A stretch of 64,000 nucleotides of DNA from Roseibacillus sp. (GCA_051251855.1 JBPOGI010000001.1:160001-224000); one strand, 5' to 3'; numbered from the stretch's first letter, positions 1 to 10,087 are shown. Program-made: numbers and translations. The notes: generated from the sequence alone by a model not told the origin.

Positions 1-1
1 G

Positions 2-148
2 GACTCGCGAAATGGAGCGGAAGTGATGAGTCATCTCTTCGAGCTTTCCGACCGAATTGGTGCCACTTTGGTGATTGTGACTCACGACAGGGAGCTAGCG
101 AAGACGGGGGATCGCACGCTGGTGGTCTCCGATGGTGTGATTGAGTAA
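2..148 (+). CDS. ABC transporter ATP-binding protein, C-terminal fragment (LolD-like; runs off window edge)
   Basis: Frame 2 reads DSRNGAEVMSHLFELSDRIGATLVIVTHDRELAKTGDRTLVVSDGVIE*; contains the ABC H-loop VIVTHD. Confidence 0.8.
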   Translation, partial: DSRNGAEVMSHLFELSDRIGATLVIVTHDRELAKTGDRTLVVSDGVIE

Positions 149-182
149 GGGAGCGGACCTAGAGGTCCGTAATCTCTTAAGG

Positions 183-806
183 TTACTGGTCGAAGAGAGC
201 CTTGACGCAGTGGGCGGACCAAGTTTCGAGCTGAGGGTAGAGCTCTCCCAAAAGTCGTTCTTGGGTTTGGAAGGAGAGGTTAGCTAAAGCATCTTCGTTG
301 GAGGTCACTTTCTCGTCATCGAGTTCAAAGAGGTGGACGATACCAAGGTGGACCTGACCCACAGGGTTCGAGTCATCATTGATAAGTCCGACGATACGAT
401 TGCTGTGATCGCCGTCGATATTGAGTTCTTCTTCAATTTCCCGTTCGACGGCGGCATAGTAGGTCGCGAGGCCTAAGTGTTCTTCTCCGGCATCGACTGG
501 GTTGATGTGCCCCCCGACGCCGAGGGAGCCTTGGGCGTGCAAACGAGATTCTCCTGAAGTCTTACCCCGAGTATAGTGAAGAACTTTGCCTGCGTGATGA
601 AAGATGCAGTAGGGAATGATCTGCTTATGGCTGGGGTCGTCCTCGGCTTCTGCCCGATCCATGAAGAAGTTATTCGCGGGATCGAGGAGTGTGTCGAGGT
701 AGTGGCTCCAATCCTGGTTGAAGCCCTGAAAAGCACCGAGGTCATCAAAGAGGGAGCGGGGCACTACGAGGATCTGCTCGCCTTTGTATTTCGCGTTTTT
801 GGACAT
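183..806 (-). CDS. NUDIX/MutT-superfamily phosphoesterase-like protein
   Basis: AEDDPSHKQIIPY, SLGVGGHINPVD, REIEEE Nudix-like helix, GQVHLG. Confidence 0.75.
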   Translation of the reverse strand: MSKNAKYKGEQILVVPRSLFDDLGAFQGFNQDWSHYLDTLLDPANNFFMDRAEAEDDPSHKQIIPYCIFHHAGKVLHYTRGKTSGESRLHAQGSLGVGGHINPVDAGEEHLGLATYYAAVEREIEEELNIDGDHSNRIVGLINDDSNPVGQVHLGIVHLFELDDEKVTSNEDALANLSFQTQERLLGELYPQLETWSAHCVKALFDQ

Positions 807-819
807 AGACTATCTTTTC

Positions 820-1332
820 TCAGGACTGGTTCCGAACGTAAGCGGCGATTTTGGCATCGTCGTCACCGGCAGACCAAACTTGGCGTAGGAAGTCTGCGGG
901 AGGAATATTGCCGTGGGTGCTGAGGAAATTACGATCTCCGCCACAGCCAAACATGATGTCGGGATCGAGCTCGCCGCGAAGCTTGTGGCGGGCCTTGGTA
1001 ATAATGCGTGGCAGGTAGCGGGTGCCTTCCAACACGTCCCCGAAAGTGGGAAGGTCTTTGGCCGTGATTTCTTGAGAGGAATGCTGGCCTTCTTGAATCA
1101 CGAGAAAGTAGTCCCTTCGCACGGCGGCAATAAGCAGGGCGGATGATCGAGTGGGTTGCCCCTCATCGGCAAGGTCTTCCACGAAGTCAAAGAGCTCGCG
1201 TGGCTTGTATCCGATGGAGGACAAGAAGGCTAAATCTTCGGCAGAGTAATAGGCTGAAAAGTCACGGTCGCCTGCCTGATAGCGGGCGAGACAACGGTCA
1301 AAAAGCTCCTCAAATTGTTCGTTCCAAAGCAT
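820..1332 (-). CDS. DUF5069-like domain protein
   Basis: YLPRIITKARHKLRGEL...GCGGDRNFL motif; start moved to ATG of MLWNEQ. Confidence 0.65.
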   Translation of the reverse strand: MLWNEQFEELFDRCLARYQAGDRDFSAYYSAEDLAFLSSIGYKPRELFDFVEDLADEGQPTRSSALLIAAVRRDYFLVIQEGQHSSQEITAKDLPTFGDVLEGTRYLPRIITKARHKLRGELDPDIMFGCGGDRNFLSTHGNIPPADFLRQVWSAGDDDAKIAAYVRNQS

Positions 1333-1434
1333 GGCATGAAAATTTGAATGGAGATCGGCTTTGGTCCAGAACTTTTGCGGAAATCTCATCGATTTGGCTT
1401 CATGGTAGGCATATTTTGTGCATATAGTTTAGCC

Positions 1435-1566
1435 ATGTTTAATCAGTTATTAGAAGGGGAATACGCCAGGTTGGCGTTGTTACCTTCTTCCTGCGAAGAC
1501 AAGCGGATAGCCGAAAGGTCTGGAAAGTTGGGAGGGCAACTAAGATTCGTGGGAGGAGCTGATTGA
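1435..1566 (+). pseudogene. Degenerate remnant of the lipoprotein gene at 2774-3100
   Basis: LALLPSSCEDKRIAE vs LVLFLSSCEDKKMVA; DNA tcttcctgcgaagacaag vs tcttcctgtgaagacaag; similar upstream tgtgcatat...catgt. Confidence 0.6.
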
Positions 1567-1567
1567 T

Positions 1568-2593
1568 ATGTCTGATTTTTTTGAGAGCGCTCGTTCAAGT
1601 GGGGTTATTGGCATGACTTTGATGCTCTGTCTATTGCTTGGCTTTGGGACTTTGTTTCTCGCTGTTTTTGATGACCGCCTCAATGGTGAGGGTGCATCGC
1701 GTTTAAAGGAAACGGTTCAAGAGCAGGCCTCCGAAATTTATATCTTGGAAGGGGAGGTTGATTGGGCAGGAGCTGAGCTGGAGGCTCAAGAGCGCTTTGG
1801 AATCATGCTTGAGGAACTTGATCAGACCAGCAAAGAGCTTGATGTGTTAACTCAGAAAGAAGGTTCTCTCATTGCGCAAATCGAGGATGAGAGGAAGATG
1901 ATTCATAAAATCGGGGAGGAACGGATAACGTATCAAGAAGAGTATCGAGTGTTTGCAAGAAGGGATGCGATTGGAGAGACTATTGAGGTGCTTACTTTGG
2001 CTAGTGGCAAGGTTTTGAAGAACGTCAAAATCCGGGAGATTCTTCCGGATAGGATTCGCTTTAAGACGGAGTATGGAACGACAAGTGTTGCTTGGGAGGA
2101 TTTTGCCGACGACATGAAGGAACGCTTTCAAATTGGAGAAAGTGAAGTGGAGGAGCATCAGGCCAAGATCGATGCTATTCAGACGAGGAAAAATCAGGTG
2201 GCAGCAAAAGGTCTTACTGACCGTGGAATCTATCTTCGTGAGGTGGAGTTAAGAAGAAGCTTGAGCCAAATTGGGTGGAGCCTTAACGAGAAGATCAGAA
2301 AGAGAGACAGCGCGATGGTCAAAGAGAATGCGCTGAGAACCAAGGCGAAGGATTACCGAACCAAAGCTGCTGCGTTGACGACGACCTATCAATATTCTAC
2401 TTGAGGCAGCTCCTATACGTCTTCGAGTTCGTCGACTAAACAAAGAATCAATCTCAACGCAGCCCAGCGATTTGAAGACGAAGCCAATGTCTTGAAGGCG
2501 AAGATCTCGATAGCCAATGGGCAGATTCGGAACATGGAGAATGAAAAGAGGGGACTTGAACGGGAGCTCAATGAGGTGAAGAGCAAGCGTTAG
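1568..2593 (+). pseudogene. Membrane-anchored coiled-coil protein with internal in-frame TGA (2402-2404); paralog of 3134-4105
   Basis: The frame stays open for 62 codons after the TGA to TAG at 2591-2593. The extension (EANVLKAKISIANGQIRNMENEKRGLERE) matches the paralog C-terminus (DADILDSKISIVNEQIRGLEREKEIAERE). Confidence 0.7.
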
Positions 2594-2773
2594 CTCTCTT
2601 GCGATTAAGAAAATTGTCTGATGTTCGAGCTGAGGATTTTGATAGAGGCGGTTCCTTTTTAGGTTAGGAGCTGTTTATTGAAGCAATTTTTTTGGAAAGG
2701 GAGGGGGCTCTATCGGGAAAGTGTCACCCATTTGGCTTTGAAGTCTGCATCTGGTGTGCATATTCTTTTTTTC

Positions 2774-3100
2774 ATGTCTGGTAAGATATTAGGTTTTCTA
2801 TCTCTGGCACTGGTGTTGTTCTTATCTTCCTGTGAAGACAAGAAGATGGTTGCGCAGCACAAAGAGCAGTCGCGAGAGATCTTGATTTTGCGAGAGGAGT
2901 TAAATTCTCTCAAGGTTCGGATTGATGACAAGCCAACGAGGGATCCGAGTGCTCAGTTGGAGTCTCAAGAAACATTGGTTGAGGAAAAGAAGGGCGCTCT
3001 TTCTGATTTAGAGAAAGAACTGCAGCAACTTAAGGTTGAGAGGAAGGACGCTGAAAAGTCGTTCTCGGACTATAAGTTGAAGTATCGGTTGGGAGAGTAA
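2774..3100 (+). CDS. Coiled-coil lipoprotein, function unknown
   Basis: MSGKILGFLSLALVLFLSSC lipobox followed by heptad-rich coiled coil. Confidence 0.75.
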   Translation: MSGKILGFLSLALVLFLSSCEDKKMVAQHKEQSREILILREELNSLKVRIDDKPTRDPSAQLESQETLVEEKKGALSDLEKELQQLKVERKDAEKSFSDYKLKYRLGE

Positions 3101-3133
3101 GTAGGTGTCGGTAGGTTTAAATTTAGTAATATT

Positions 3134-4105
3134 ATGTCTGATTTTTTTGAGAGAGCCCGTTCCACTGGGGTGATTGGGATCACGGTGATTATCTTTATGC
3201 TCATTGGTTTTGGAGCTTTGTTTATGGCGGTTTTTGATGACCGTCTGAATGGTGAGAACGCGACTAAATTGAAGGAGACCGTTCGTGAGCAGGCATTTGA
3301 ACTCTACGGCTTGGAGGACGAGATAGAGTGGGCGAGTGCAACTTTGTTAGAGCAAAAGCGCGTGGAAGCTGTTTCGGACGAACTCGAGAAAACAAACAAA
3401 GTATTGGAGGTGCTGACTCGCAAAGAAGCGGAGCTTACCACTCAGATAGAGGAAGAGAAAAAGGCCTTTCAGGAGGTGGACGAGGGCCAGCTCTCTTATC
3501 GGGAAGAGTATCGGGAATTTGTGAGGGAAAAGGCCATTGGGGAGACTTATGATGAGCTTAAGTTAGTCGGAGGAAAGGTTCTCAAGAATGTGAAGATTAG
3601 GGAGATCCTTCCGGACAAGATTCGGTTCACGACTGAGTTTGGCTCTACTAACGTAAGTTGGGATGAGGTGCCTGATGAAATACGAGAGCGCTTTCAGATT
3701 GGAGATGGTGAGCTAGAGGCGCATAAGGCCAAACTGCTAGCCATTCGCGCAAAAAGGAACCAGCTCGCGGTCGAGGGAAAAAATGAACGTGGTGTTTATC
3801 TTCGGGAGATGGAACTCAAGAAGACGGTGGACCGTCTGGCTCGCCTTCTTCAGGAAAAGAATAACAGTAAGAATGAAGCAAAACTGCGCGTGGCGGCCTT
3901 TAGAGCAAAGGCTAAGCAGTTCAGGACGAAGTCCTACTCAACGACTTTTAATCAGAATACAAACTCTGCTGTTGCGAGTAAGGCTAGCAAGGATGCAGAT
4001 ATCCTTGATTCAAAAATTTCGATTGTGAATGAACAGATCAGAGGTCTGGAGAGGGAAAAGGAAATTGCTGAGCGAGAGCTCATGATCCTGAAAAGGGAGC
4101 GTTAG
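3134..4105 (+). CDS. Membrane-anchored coiled-coil hypothetical protein
   Basis: N-terminal TM helix, coiled coil, small beta domain (GKVLKNVKIREILPDKIRF); intact paralog of 1568-2593. Confidence 0.8.
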   Translation: MSDFFERARSTGVIGITVIIFMLIGFGALFMAVFDDRLNGENATKLKETVREQAFELYGLEDEIEWASATLLEQKRVEAVSDELEKTNKVLEVLTRKEAELTTQIEEEKKAFQEVDEGQLSYREEYREFVREKAIGETYDELKLVGGKVLKNVKIREILPDKIRFTTEFGSTNVSWDEVPDEIRERFQIGDGELEAHKAKLLAIRAKRNQLAVEGKNERGVYLREMELKKTVDRLARLLQEKNNSKNEAKLRVAAFRAKAKQFRTKSYSTTFNQNTNSAVASKASKDADILDSKISIVNEQIRGLEREKEIAERELMILKRER

Positions 4106-4112
4106 AGGTATC

Positions 4113-4763
4113 TTAGAGAACAAGAAGGCTTTCGAGTTCTTCTCTCAAATTCGAAGGGTAAGTTTTCTGGCTCGAAGTGAGGTCGAGCGAAGGAGCACCC
4201 TCGTTTTGAAGGCAGGTCATGGCAACTCCATCGAGTCCACAAGGGGTGATTGCCTTAAAGGGAAGAAGGCTTTCGGGGCGAAGATTGAGAGCAAAGCCAT
4301 GGTAGGTGACCCACTTTTTCACGCCGACTCCTATGGAAGCGAGCTTGCGATCTGCTACCCAAATGCCGGTGAGTCCGTCTCGTTGGGTGGCGGGGACACC
4401 GACTTGATTGCTGAATCGAATGAGGGAGCCTTCGAGAGCTCGAAGGTAGGCGTGTAAGTCTTTGCCGAAAGGAGTGAGGTCGATGATGGGGTAGCCTACT
4501 AGTTGACCTGGTCCATGGTAGGTTGCTTGGCCTCCGCGTGAAATCTCGTGCACCGCGTGAGGGAGAGAGGCGGGGTCTTGGAGGGAAGATTGATCCCGAG
4601 TTCGACCAATTGTGTAGACGGGGGCATGCTCGAGCAGGAGGAGTGTATCGGGGATACTACCTGCGAGTCGCTCTTTTACCAGCTGCTCTTGAAGGGCGAG
4701 TGCCTCTTGGTAGGGCACGTCGATACCAAGGTTTCGAGTTTCCAACGTCACGCCGCCTTTCAT
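4113..4763 (-). CDS. lipB: Lipoyl(octanoyl) transferase
   Basis: LLLEHAPVYTIG, RGGQATYHGPGQLVGYP, KLASIG, HGFALN, ITPCG. Confidence 0.95.
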   Translation of the reverse strand: MKGGVTLETRNLGIDVPYQEALALQEQLVKERLAGSIPDTLLLLEHAPVYTIGRTRDQSSLQDPASLPHAVHEISRGGQATYHGPGQLVGYPIIDLTPFGKDLHAYLRALEGSLIRFSNQVGVPATQRDGLTGIWVADRKLASIGVGVKKWVTYHGFALNLRPESLLPFKAITPCGLDGVAMTCLQNEGAPSLDLTSSQKTYPSNLREELESLLVL

Positions 4764-5267
4764 TTAGATTCTCTTTCGGTCGAGGGCTTTCGCTTTGACG
4801 GGGTCGGAGGCGTAGAAGTGTGCGAGGGCGATAGCGAGGGCGTCGGCGGCATCGGCTTGTGGAGTCTCGGAGAGGCCAAGGATTGCTCTCACCATGAATG
4901 CGACCTGCTCTTTTTTTGCGGAACCCTTGCCTACAACAGCTTGTTTGACTTTGGTGGGAGCGTATTCGTAGATGGGAAGGCCTCGGTCAGCAGCGGCGAT
5001 AAGGGTGGCGGCACGGGCGGCTCCCATGGAGATGGCAGTGCGGTGAGATTGGACAAAGATGATGCCTTCGACGGCAACTTCATCTGGTTGCCATTTTTCG
5101 ATCTGATTCGCAATTCCCGTGCGCACGGCTGCGAGAGCCTGTGACTGGGGAAGGCGCTGAGGAATGGAGATGACGTCGTAGGCGAGGGCCTTCTGCTGAT
5201 ATGCGTCCCCCTCGATGACCGCAAAACCGGTGTTGCGAATTGCAGGGTCAATGGCCAAAACGCGCAT
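4764..5267 (-). CDS. ruvC: Holliday junction resolvase
   Basis: LAIDP, VAVE, EYAPTKVKQAVVGKGSAKKEQV, DAADALAIA. Confidence 0.96.
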   Translation of the reverse strand: MRVLAIDPAIRNTGFAVIEGDAYQQKALAYDVISIPQRLPQSQALAAVRTGIANQIEKWQPDEVAVEGIIFVQSHRTAISMGAARAATLIAAADRGLPIYEYAPTKVKQAVVGKGSAKKEQVAFMVRAILGLSETPQADAADALAIALAHFYASDPVKAKALDRKRI

Positions 5268-5275
5268 AGAAGCGA

Positions 5276-6406
5276 CTAGGGGCGAATCTCCCAGATTTCG
5301 CAGATCTGGTTGAGGGTTGCTTGCTCTTTGGAAAAGCGATTGGTCTCGCTGAGGAAGACGGCACGAACGTCTTGAGTTCCCTTTTTGTCTAGGTTGACTT
5401 GGGAGGCGACCGCGGTTGCGCGAGCGGAAGAGAGCTTACGATTGGCGTCTTGGTCGCCAATGGTAGAGGCGTAGCCAACAACGAGGAGGAAAGCTCCGGG
5501 ATGGGTCTCGGCAAGGTCGTTCTTAATGATACTGATTTTCTCGCTGGTGAGCTGGGCTGAGCCGGTTGCGAAGTTGATGGAGCGAAGTGGCGTAGCGCTG
5601 AGTTGTTGCTCGATCTTCTTATATTGGTCAGCGAGTTGAGCTGGCTCGTAGTCTTCGAGGCGTTGGAGCTCTCTGAACAGTCGCTTGGCGATGTCTGGCA
5701 GAGCGTTGGCGTCTTCTACGAAGAGCTTGGAGCGGTCGAGGAGGGCTTGCAGGCGGCGGACTTCCTCGCGGAGTTCGCGGTTTTCTTTGTCAAGGTCTCC
5801 CAAAGCTAGAAGGCGTGAGCGGAGCTCGTCATTCTGGCGACGGAGTTCTTCTACGGTTGCGGCGTCAGGGCGTTTACGAAGCTCTTCGATTTGGCGCTGG
5901 GCGTTTGCGTAGAGAGTGCGAAGGGATTCGAGCTCTTGGCGCATGGTGACTGCTTCAGCGGCGCTGGAAGAGAGGTCGTTCATTTGCCGCTGAAGGTCTT
6001 GAATACGGCGATTGAGAAGGGACTCGGTGTCGCGGGCGGTCTGAAGAAGAGCGTCCTTTTGTTGGATGGTGGAGCTGAAGTCGCCAATCAATCCTGCTAG
6101 GGTGTTGGCTTCGGTAGAGATTTCTTCGGCGAGCTTCATAGGGTCAACACCGTAGTTGTTCGCTCCAGCTCCAAGGTTTTGTTGGACGAAAGTCGCGTTT
6201 TCATTGCGCTTTAGTTCGGCAATTCGGTCCTTGAGGTCATCCACTTCGTTGCTAGGAGAGCTGTTATTTCTTTGATTGCTCACAACCAAGAAGAGAAGCA
6301 ACAGAATGGCCGCTCCCATAACGAGACCGATGATCAGGTTTTGATTAGAAGCGGGGGTGATATTGGCACCTGAATTTTGCGGAGTTTGATTAGAATCGTC
6401 GGACAT
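5276..6406 (-). CDS. Membrane-anchored coiled-coil protein with C-terminal OmpA-like domain
   Basis: TM helix, long coiled coil, INFATGSAQL...VVGYASTIGDQDANRKLSSARATAV. Confidence 0.8.
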   Translation of the reverse strand: MSDDSNQTPQNSGANITPASNQNLIIGLVMGAAILLLLFLVVSNQRNNSSPSNEVDDLKDRIAELKRNENATFVQQNLGAGANNYGVDPMKLAEEISTEANTLAGLIGDFSSTIQQKDALLQTARDTESLLNRRIQDLQRQMNDLSSSAAEAVTMRQELESLRTLYANAQRQIEELRKRPDAATVEELRRQNDELRSRLLALGDLDKENRELREEVRRLQALLDRSKLFVEDANALPDIAKRLFRELQRLEDYEPAQLADQYKKIEQQLSATPLRSINFATGSAQLTSEKISIIKNDLAETHPGAFLLVVGYASTIGDQDANRKLSSARATAVASQVNLDKKGTQDVRAVFLSETNRFSKEQATLNQICEIWEIRP

Positions 6407-6555
6407 CTTTGATGGGAAACGGGTGTTGCGTGGCAAGGGGGATTAGCAGAACACGGAGCCCCCTGCAAGAAAGACTCCCGAAACGAGGAAACGTTCAAAG
6501 ATCGCGATTATCGAGGCTTCCGGTGCTTGTAGGAGTGAAAGCAGTCCCTGATTTG

Positions 6556-6978
6556 CTAAAAGAGCATCGCGATGACCTCTTCGTCCGAGAAGAGGCTGGG
6601 GGTGTCGGCTGCTGCGAGAAGGAGCTCGGACTCGAGCGAATTCTCCAACGAAGTAGCAACGGCAATGGGGAGGACTTCGGCTCCATCCGACTGGGTGAGG
6701 GTGTCTCCGGGCTCATTGAAGGGGTTCCAAATAAGAGCAGCGGTGAGTGCGAGGGCGCCTGGCACCAGAACTCGAGGACTGAAGAGTTTTTTCCAAAACG
6801 AGAAAAGAGGAGAGGAATCGCTTTCTTGGAGACGAATTTCTCGCAAAATATTTCGACTCAAGAGAGGGCCTGCTTTGTCGGTTTGGCTCTGGCCCAAAAG
6901 TTCCCAAAGTTCCTTGTCCTGAGCGAGTTCAAACTCTTCAGGGGTGTGGTTTTTCTGGGGATCGTTCGGTGTGGTCAT
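6556..6978 (-). CDS. Single-pass membrane hypothetical protein (anti-sigma-like architecture)
   Basis: KELWELLG...LSRNILREIR N-terminal helices, one TM, acidic C-terminus. Confidence 0.6.
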   Translation of the reverse strand: MTTPNDPQKNHTPEEFELAQDKELWELLGQSQTDKAGPLLSRNILREIRLQESDSSPLFSFWKKLFSPRVLVPGALALTAALIWNPFNEPGDTLTQSDGAEVLPIAVATSLENSLESELLLAAADTPSLFSDEEVIAMLF

Positions 6979-7216
6979 TGTTGTTGGTGATAGAAACACG
7001 TATGTTGACTCAAAGTTGCGGGAATTTTCCTCTTTTTGGGTCTTTTTGAGGGAACTTTGATGAGAAAGGCACCTTTGTCTCGATTTTTCTACGCTGAAGG
7101 TGTCGAAATCTTGGTCTCATTGGTTTGGTCAAGGAAGTGAGAGTTTTGAATCTAGACCCTTGGATTCGTCATTTTTTTGGATTGGGATTTGGTTCACTTG
7201 CGCTTGGATAGCGGAA

Positions 7217-8698
7217 GTGAATTTCAAGTTGCTGGCGAGAGTGCTCGGGTTGTTGTTGATGATGGAAAGTTTAGCACTTCTCGCGTGCGCGCTTTTTGCG
7301 GTCTTTGATAGTGGGACGAAGCATTCCTCTTCGTTCGCTTTGGGAACGGCAACGGCGACAGCTCTTTTGGTGGGACTAATTTTGGTGTTCATAGGGCGCG
7401 GCAAATTCGATCGTATTCCACGCCGTGAGGGAGTGATTATCGTGGGGGTGGGGTGGATGACCTCTGGGCTGATTGGGTCGATTCCATTTATGTTGGCCGA
7501 GCCGGGGTTGAATCCATCGGCGGCCTTTTTTGAGTCGGTTTCTGGATTTACCACGACGGGTTCGACGGTGATTATGGACCTTGAGGCGTGGCCGAGGGGG
7601 ATCCTTCTCTGGCGAGCGGTATCGCAGTGGTTGGGTGGATTGGGTATCCTGGTTTTGTTCGTAGCTTTACTGTCCAGTTTGGGTGCGGGGACAAAGTCTC
7701 TCTTTCGCAACGAATCCTCTTTTGAAGCTGCGGAGGTCTCCAATGCCAAGATTAAGGATACTGCGCTCTTGCTCTGGAAAATTTACGTGGTTCTGACGGT
7801 GCTATGTTTACTGGGATTACGAGGATTGGGGATGACTTGGTTCGATGCTATTGCGCATGCCTTGACCACGGTTTCGACGGGTGGTTTTTCGACGCACAAC
7901 CAGAGTATTGGCTACTTTTCTAACTGGGAGACGGGATTTGCGATCGAGATGTGGTTGGTGCTCTTCATGTTGGCAGGGAGTGTGAGCTTCTTGATTTACG
8001 TGGTGATTCTGAACAAGAACTGGAAGCGTTTACGCAGTGAAGAGGAGGCTAAGATTTATCTCATTCTCTTGGGGGTGGCGGTTGTTTTGGTTGTGGCTAT
8101 TAAATACATACTAGGCGGGACCGAACTGTTAGAGAGCATGAGAGGGGCCATTTTTACGGTCGTTTCGATCGCTTCTTCGACCGGATACGGTACGGTTGAT
8201 TTCGAGCTGTGGCCAGTGGGAGCGCACTTTATTGTGCTAGGGTTGATGTTGATGGGGGGATGTGCGGGCTCCACGGCTGGGGGAGCGAAGGTGAGTCGTT
8301 TGATGCTGTTGGTGCGTTCGGTTCGTCAAGAAATCGTGCAGGCCTTTCGTCCTCATCAAGTGCTTCGCCTGCAGGTGAATGGGAATCCGATTAACGATCA
8401 AAGTCGGAGCCAAACTGTGCTTTTCGTGGCTTTATTTTGGTTCATAGCCATTGTTTCGATGATGGTGGTAGCCATTCTGGAGACGGCTCATGGAGTGGAC
8501 TTTGAGACGACGGTTTCGGCGGTTCTTACGACCTTGTCGAACATTGGTCCGGGTTTTGGCGATGTGGGTCCTACCGATAACTTTGGGCATTTTCGCCAGC
8601 CGACCTTGGTCTATCTCGCTTTGCTGATGGTAATGGGGCGCTTGGAGATTTTCGCCTTTTTGGTGCTCTTTGTCCCTGCGGCTTGGCGCAAATTCTGA
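7217..8698 (+). CDS. trkH: Trk potassium uptake permease
   Basis: FESVSGFTTTGST, TVSTGGFS, GGCAGSTAGGAK, LSNIGPG pore motifs; GTG start inferred. Confidence 0.93.
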   Translation: MNFKLLARVLGLLLMMESLALLACALFAVFDSGTKHSSSFALGTATATALLVGLILVFIGRGKFDRIPRREGVIIVGVGWMTSGLIGSIPFMLAEPGLNPSAAFFESVSGFTTTGSTVIMDLEAWPRGILLWRAVSQWLGGLGILVLFVALLSSLGAGTKSLFRNESSFEAAEVSNAKIKDTALLLWKIYVVLTVLCLLGLRGLGMTWFDAIAHALTTVSTGGFSTHNQSIGYFSNWETGFAIEMWLVLFMLAGSVSFLIYVVILNKNWKRLRSEEEAKIYLILLGVAVVLVVAIKYILGGTELLESMRGAIFTVVSIASSTGYGTVDFELWPVGAHFIVLGLMLMGGCAGSTAGGAKVSRLMLLVRSVRQEIVQAFRPHQVLRLQVNGNPINDQSRSQTVLFVALFWFIAIVSMMVVAILETAHGVDFETTVSAVLTTLSNIGPGFGDVGPTDNFGHFRQPTLVYLALLMVMGRLEIFAFLVLFVPAAWRKF

Positions 8699-8785
8699 GT
8701 CATTGAACTCCATTGGAGGGATGTAGGTGACTCTTAAAAGAGAGAAATTTGCTAGAATTGCGGTCTGTTGAACGAATAAAGGAGA

Positions 8786-10087
8786 ATGAAGAGACAAGGA
8801 TGGCTTTTTTTGGGCAGCGGTGCCTTGCTTTTTTTTGGAGGGCTTTCGGTTGGTCGTCTCTCGCCGAGTGCGATTGATTCTGGGTCGGGAGCCGATGTTC
8901 AGTCGACGCGTTCTTCTGCGAGCGGTTCGGGGGTGGGCACTATGGCAGGAGGGGGAGACTCTTCGCTTGAGAAGGTGGCCACACGCAGTCAGGGGCGTGA
9001 CTATTCTTTGGTTGAGATTCTCGAGGAAGGAGACCGGGGGAGTCGCTTTGAAAAATTGATGGCGAAGCTGGAGCGAACGGACAGCGAGGAGTTTGGGACG
9101 TTGCTGAAGGATATATCGAAGCGTGGTTTCAACGGGGTGATGAGGGAAGAGCGGTTGTTGATCATCGCAGCGTGGGCCAAGCGAGATCCGATTGCGGCGG
9201 TGGAGTATTTGGCAAAGAACGATCGAGATGATGCCATGCAGTTCGAGGCGATGGCGACGTGGGCTTCTGACGATCCTGATGCCGCGGAGGCTTGGGCGCG
9301 CGCGAATCATGAGGGCAATGGCGCGAACGATTGGTTGGTAGGGGTGATTAAGGGATTGGCGGGGACCGATCCGATGCGGGCGGGGGCTTTGATTGCGGAG
9401 GTGGCGAAAGACCCTCGGAATCGTGAGCGACGTCAAGCGCTGGACTCGGTTTTGCCCTATGTCATGGAACAGGGGGGCGACTTTGCAAAGAGTTGGGTTG
9501 AGGGGTTGGGAGATGGAAGTTTGCAGAGTGATGGGGCGATGTGGATGGCTCGTCGAATGGCGAACGAGGACCCGCAGGCAGCCGCGAGTTGGATTGCAAG
9601 TCTGGGCACGAAAGAAGCGCGGCGGGAGGCGAGTGAGCAAGTTGCGGAACGATTTGCGAGAAAGGATATGGCGGGGGCGCAAAGCTGGGTGCGCTCGTTG
9701 CCGGAAGATACGCGGACCGAAGCGGCGGAAGGTGTGGTGTCGGTGATGGCTCAGGGTGACCCACGCGCAGCAGTGGCTTGGCTCGAGAATTTGGGGGATA
9801 ATCCTGACTATGATGGAGCTTGGGTGGACTTGGTGGAGCGTGGATTTAAGGCCGAGCCCGGAGTGGCTTTGGTAGGCGCATTGCGACTGTCTGACGAAGG
9901 TTGGCGTGAACGCTATACGGGGAATTATCTTTCTCGTTGGATGAAGGAAGACAAGGCGGCGGCGACTGAGTGGGTGACAGAGTATACAGAATATCTTCCT
10001 CCGAAGGTGGCGCGGCGTTATGTGCCGAAACCTCCCAAGGTGAAAAAAGTCCAGGGGAAGAAGGTGTCTTTCATGGACCTTCGGTGA
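8786..10087 (+). CDS. Exported alpha-helical repeat hypothetical protein
   Basis: N-terminal signal/TM; recurring W/A-x(3)-DP-x-AA-xx-W units. Confidence 0.75.
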   Translation: MKRQGWLFLGSGALLFFGGLSVGRLSPSAIDSGSGADVQSTRSSASGSGVGTMAGGGDSSLEKVATRSQGRDYSLVEILEEGDRGSRFEKLMAKLERTDSEEFGTLLKDISKRGFNGVMREERLLIIAAWAKRDPIAAVEYLAKNDRDDAMQFEAMATWASDDPDAAEAWARANHEGNGANDWLVGVIKGLAGTDPMRAGALIAEVAKDPRNRERRQALDSVLPYVMEQGGDFAKSWVEGLGDGSLQSDGAMWMARRMANEDPQAAASWIASLGTKEARREASEQVAERFARKDMAGAQSWVRSLPEDTRTEAAEGVVSVMAQGDPRAAVAWLENLGDNPDYDGAWVDLVERGFKAEPGVALVGALRLSDEGWRERYTGNYLSRWMKEDKAAATEWVTEYTEYLPPKVARRYVPKPPKVKKVQGKKVSFMDLR

